The notes beneath the pieces are model-generated. The model searched no databases and had not been told where the DNA came from. It saw only the letters and a list, made by a program, of their open reading frames with translations. The position numbers and the translations under genes were made by a program. Of a DNA stretch of 64,000 bases, positions 62,801 through 64,000 are shown one piece after another. Every line of letters begins with the position of its first letter. The first letter of the stretch is position 1. The stretch is from Azolla caroliniana (taxonomy: Eukaryota; Plantae; Polypodiophyta): contig JBHGNT010000001.1 of assembly GCA_043228905.1 (NCBI GenBank), positions 11,222,001 through 11,286,000 on the forward strand. Direction: 5' to 3'.

Positions 62801-62912
62801 ACACCGCAGCAGAGCCAAACATCCGGGCCATTTTGGAAAAAGATTAACGGGATGGGTTCGACGTGCCAGGGCACTGTCCCACATGCGTGCCAGGTGTTGT
62901 CCGCCGGAATAG
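59897..62912 (+). pseudogene. Gypsy G extra ORF, unknown function, coiled-coil-like
   Basis: ORFs starting 59897, 60797, 61055 and 61430 are in one frame split by single stops; after a shift near 62275 reading continues into 62613-62912. Confidence 0.7.
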
Positions 62913-63331
62913 TAACCGACGGACAAGAGCGTAGGAATAAGAAATAATATAAGATCATAACGCATGTAACGGCTCACGTAGGAAGCGTGAATGGCTAAAT
63001 AGACCCTGCGTATATAAAGGGCAGAAAACCTCTGATAGAGGGAGTGTGTAATTTTGGAATGTAAAGGAACGTATCATAATAGAATTCTATCTGCTCTGAA
63101 AGTCTGTGTATAGCTACGGCTAATCTACTGTATGTCTGGAATACCAGAGCATGTAAGAACGTAAGTGTAACCATTGCTAAGGAGTCGGTTGTAGCCGTCT
63201 CCCTTATACACTGATAGGTTACAGGGAACATTCCCCTACGCATTACACATAGATGCCTATTCGTTGTTCCACAACCACTTGGAGGTCTAGGTCGAAGGAC
63301 TGACCGCAGACCGTGTTCCTAATTGGTAACA
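62895..63331 (+). repeat. Gypsy G 3' LTR (437 bp)
   Basis: TG...CA followed by TSD CTTGG; one 81-bp unit. Confidence 0.92.
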
Positions 63332-63568
63332 CTTGGACACGTGCATAATCACCACCTCACATTCATACATGATCACCACTTGGCCTTCATACAAGTATGA
63401 CATTTACAAATCATGCATCAACACATGTATTTGTACTATTATGTGTGTGGCTTAGATATGTACAATGGAGGTTCAAATCCCTCGATGTTTTTTTTTTTTT
63501 ATGTCATGACATGGTGTCTATGGTATTTTGTACATACATCCATGATAACCAACACCTAATTAGATGCC

Positions 63569-63711
63569 CAAACTTGACAACCAATATTTGGAGGCAGTAA
63601 ACACCAACAATTAGAACAAAATCACCACCAATATTTGGAGTCACTAAACACCAATGATTAGAACAAACTTGACCACCAATATTTGGAGGCACTAAACACC
63701 AATGGTTAGAA
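63569..63711. repeat. 3 x about 48-bp tandem repeat with CCAATATTTGG core
   Basis: Core at 63581, 63628 and 63676. Confidence 0.85.
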
Positions 63712-64000
63712 GATAAGTGTGCTAATAGTGGAATATAGTGACACCCCCATTCGGAATCTATGATTTGTGCGCTATCTCATTCTCCCCAAGAATTGAAGCA
63801 TGTCGTAAACACATAGGAAAAGAAGATACCAAACCAAATTAAGTAGATTTACCGCACCATTTTAACTAGTAGCTTGCCTTCATCCATAGGGTGAAGAAAT
63901 CAATCTAGGCGGTACTAGTAACCCTTGGCAGACCTTCATATTAGTTGATATGTCACATTTAGAAGAGTCCATGCTAATATACTTGTTATATTACACACTC

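Larger units (their letters stand above)
32412..63331 (+). mobile_element. Gypsy G: non-chromovirus Athila/Tat-like element with extra 3' ORF, TSD CTTGG
   Basis: TSD at 32407-32411 and 63332-63336; LTRs 32412-33010 and 62895-63331; PBS at 33015; gag, RNase H end, integrase, extra ORF; PR and RT missing. Confidence 0.9.

Noticed and set aside
62853-62892. Complete tRNA gene
   Set aside because: Only an interrupted 3' half is present; no D-arm or anticodon arm.
59897-62912. True envelope gene or captured host myosin/SMC gene
   Set aside because: No visible signal peptide or transmembrane segment; coiled-coil composition alone does not show homology.

Overview
A gene-free 64 kb window of plant nuclear DNA, made almost entirely of nested LTR retrotransposons. 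Two insertion stacks can be rebuilt from LTR termini (TG...CA), PBS/PPT and target-site duplications (TSDs). Left stack: Copia D contains Copia C, which contains Copia F and Copia A; A's 3' LTR contains a Gypsy solo LTR and Copia B; B contains Copia E1. D's 3' LTR also carries a truncated Gypsy (K), an inverted Gypsy LTR piece and a mitochondrial nad5 insertion. Right stack: an Athila/Tat-like Gypsy G (32412-63331) contains Gypsy H, which contains Copia I, which contains Copia J and Copia E2. E1 and J have uninterrupted polyprotein ORFs and near-identical LTRs. The main signals are: (1) a conserved -1 frameshift signal (G GAU UUU + stop + hairpin) between protease and RT in the tRNA-Trp-primed Gypsy elements H and K; (2) a sense-strand tRNA-Arg-like 3' half where Gypsy G should have its PPT; (3) a roughly 1000-codon extra ORF after G's integrase; (4) an unedited nad5 NUMT pointing to a heavily RNA-editing non-seed-plant host. 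Coordinates and mismatch counts were read by eye; lineage names are inferences, not database results.
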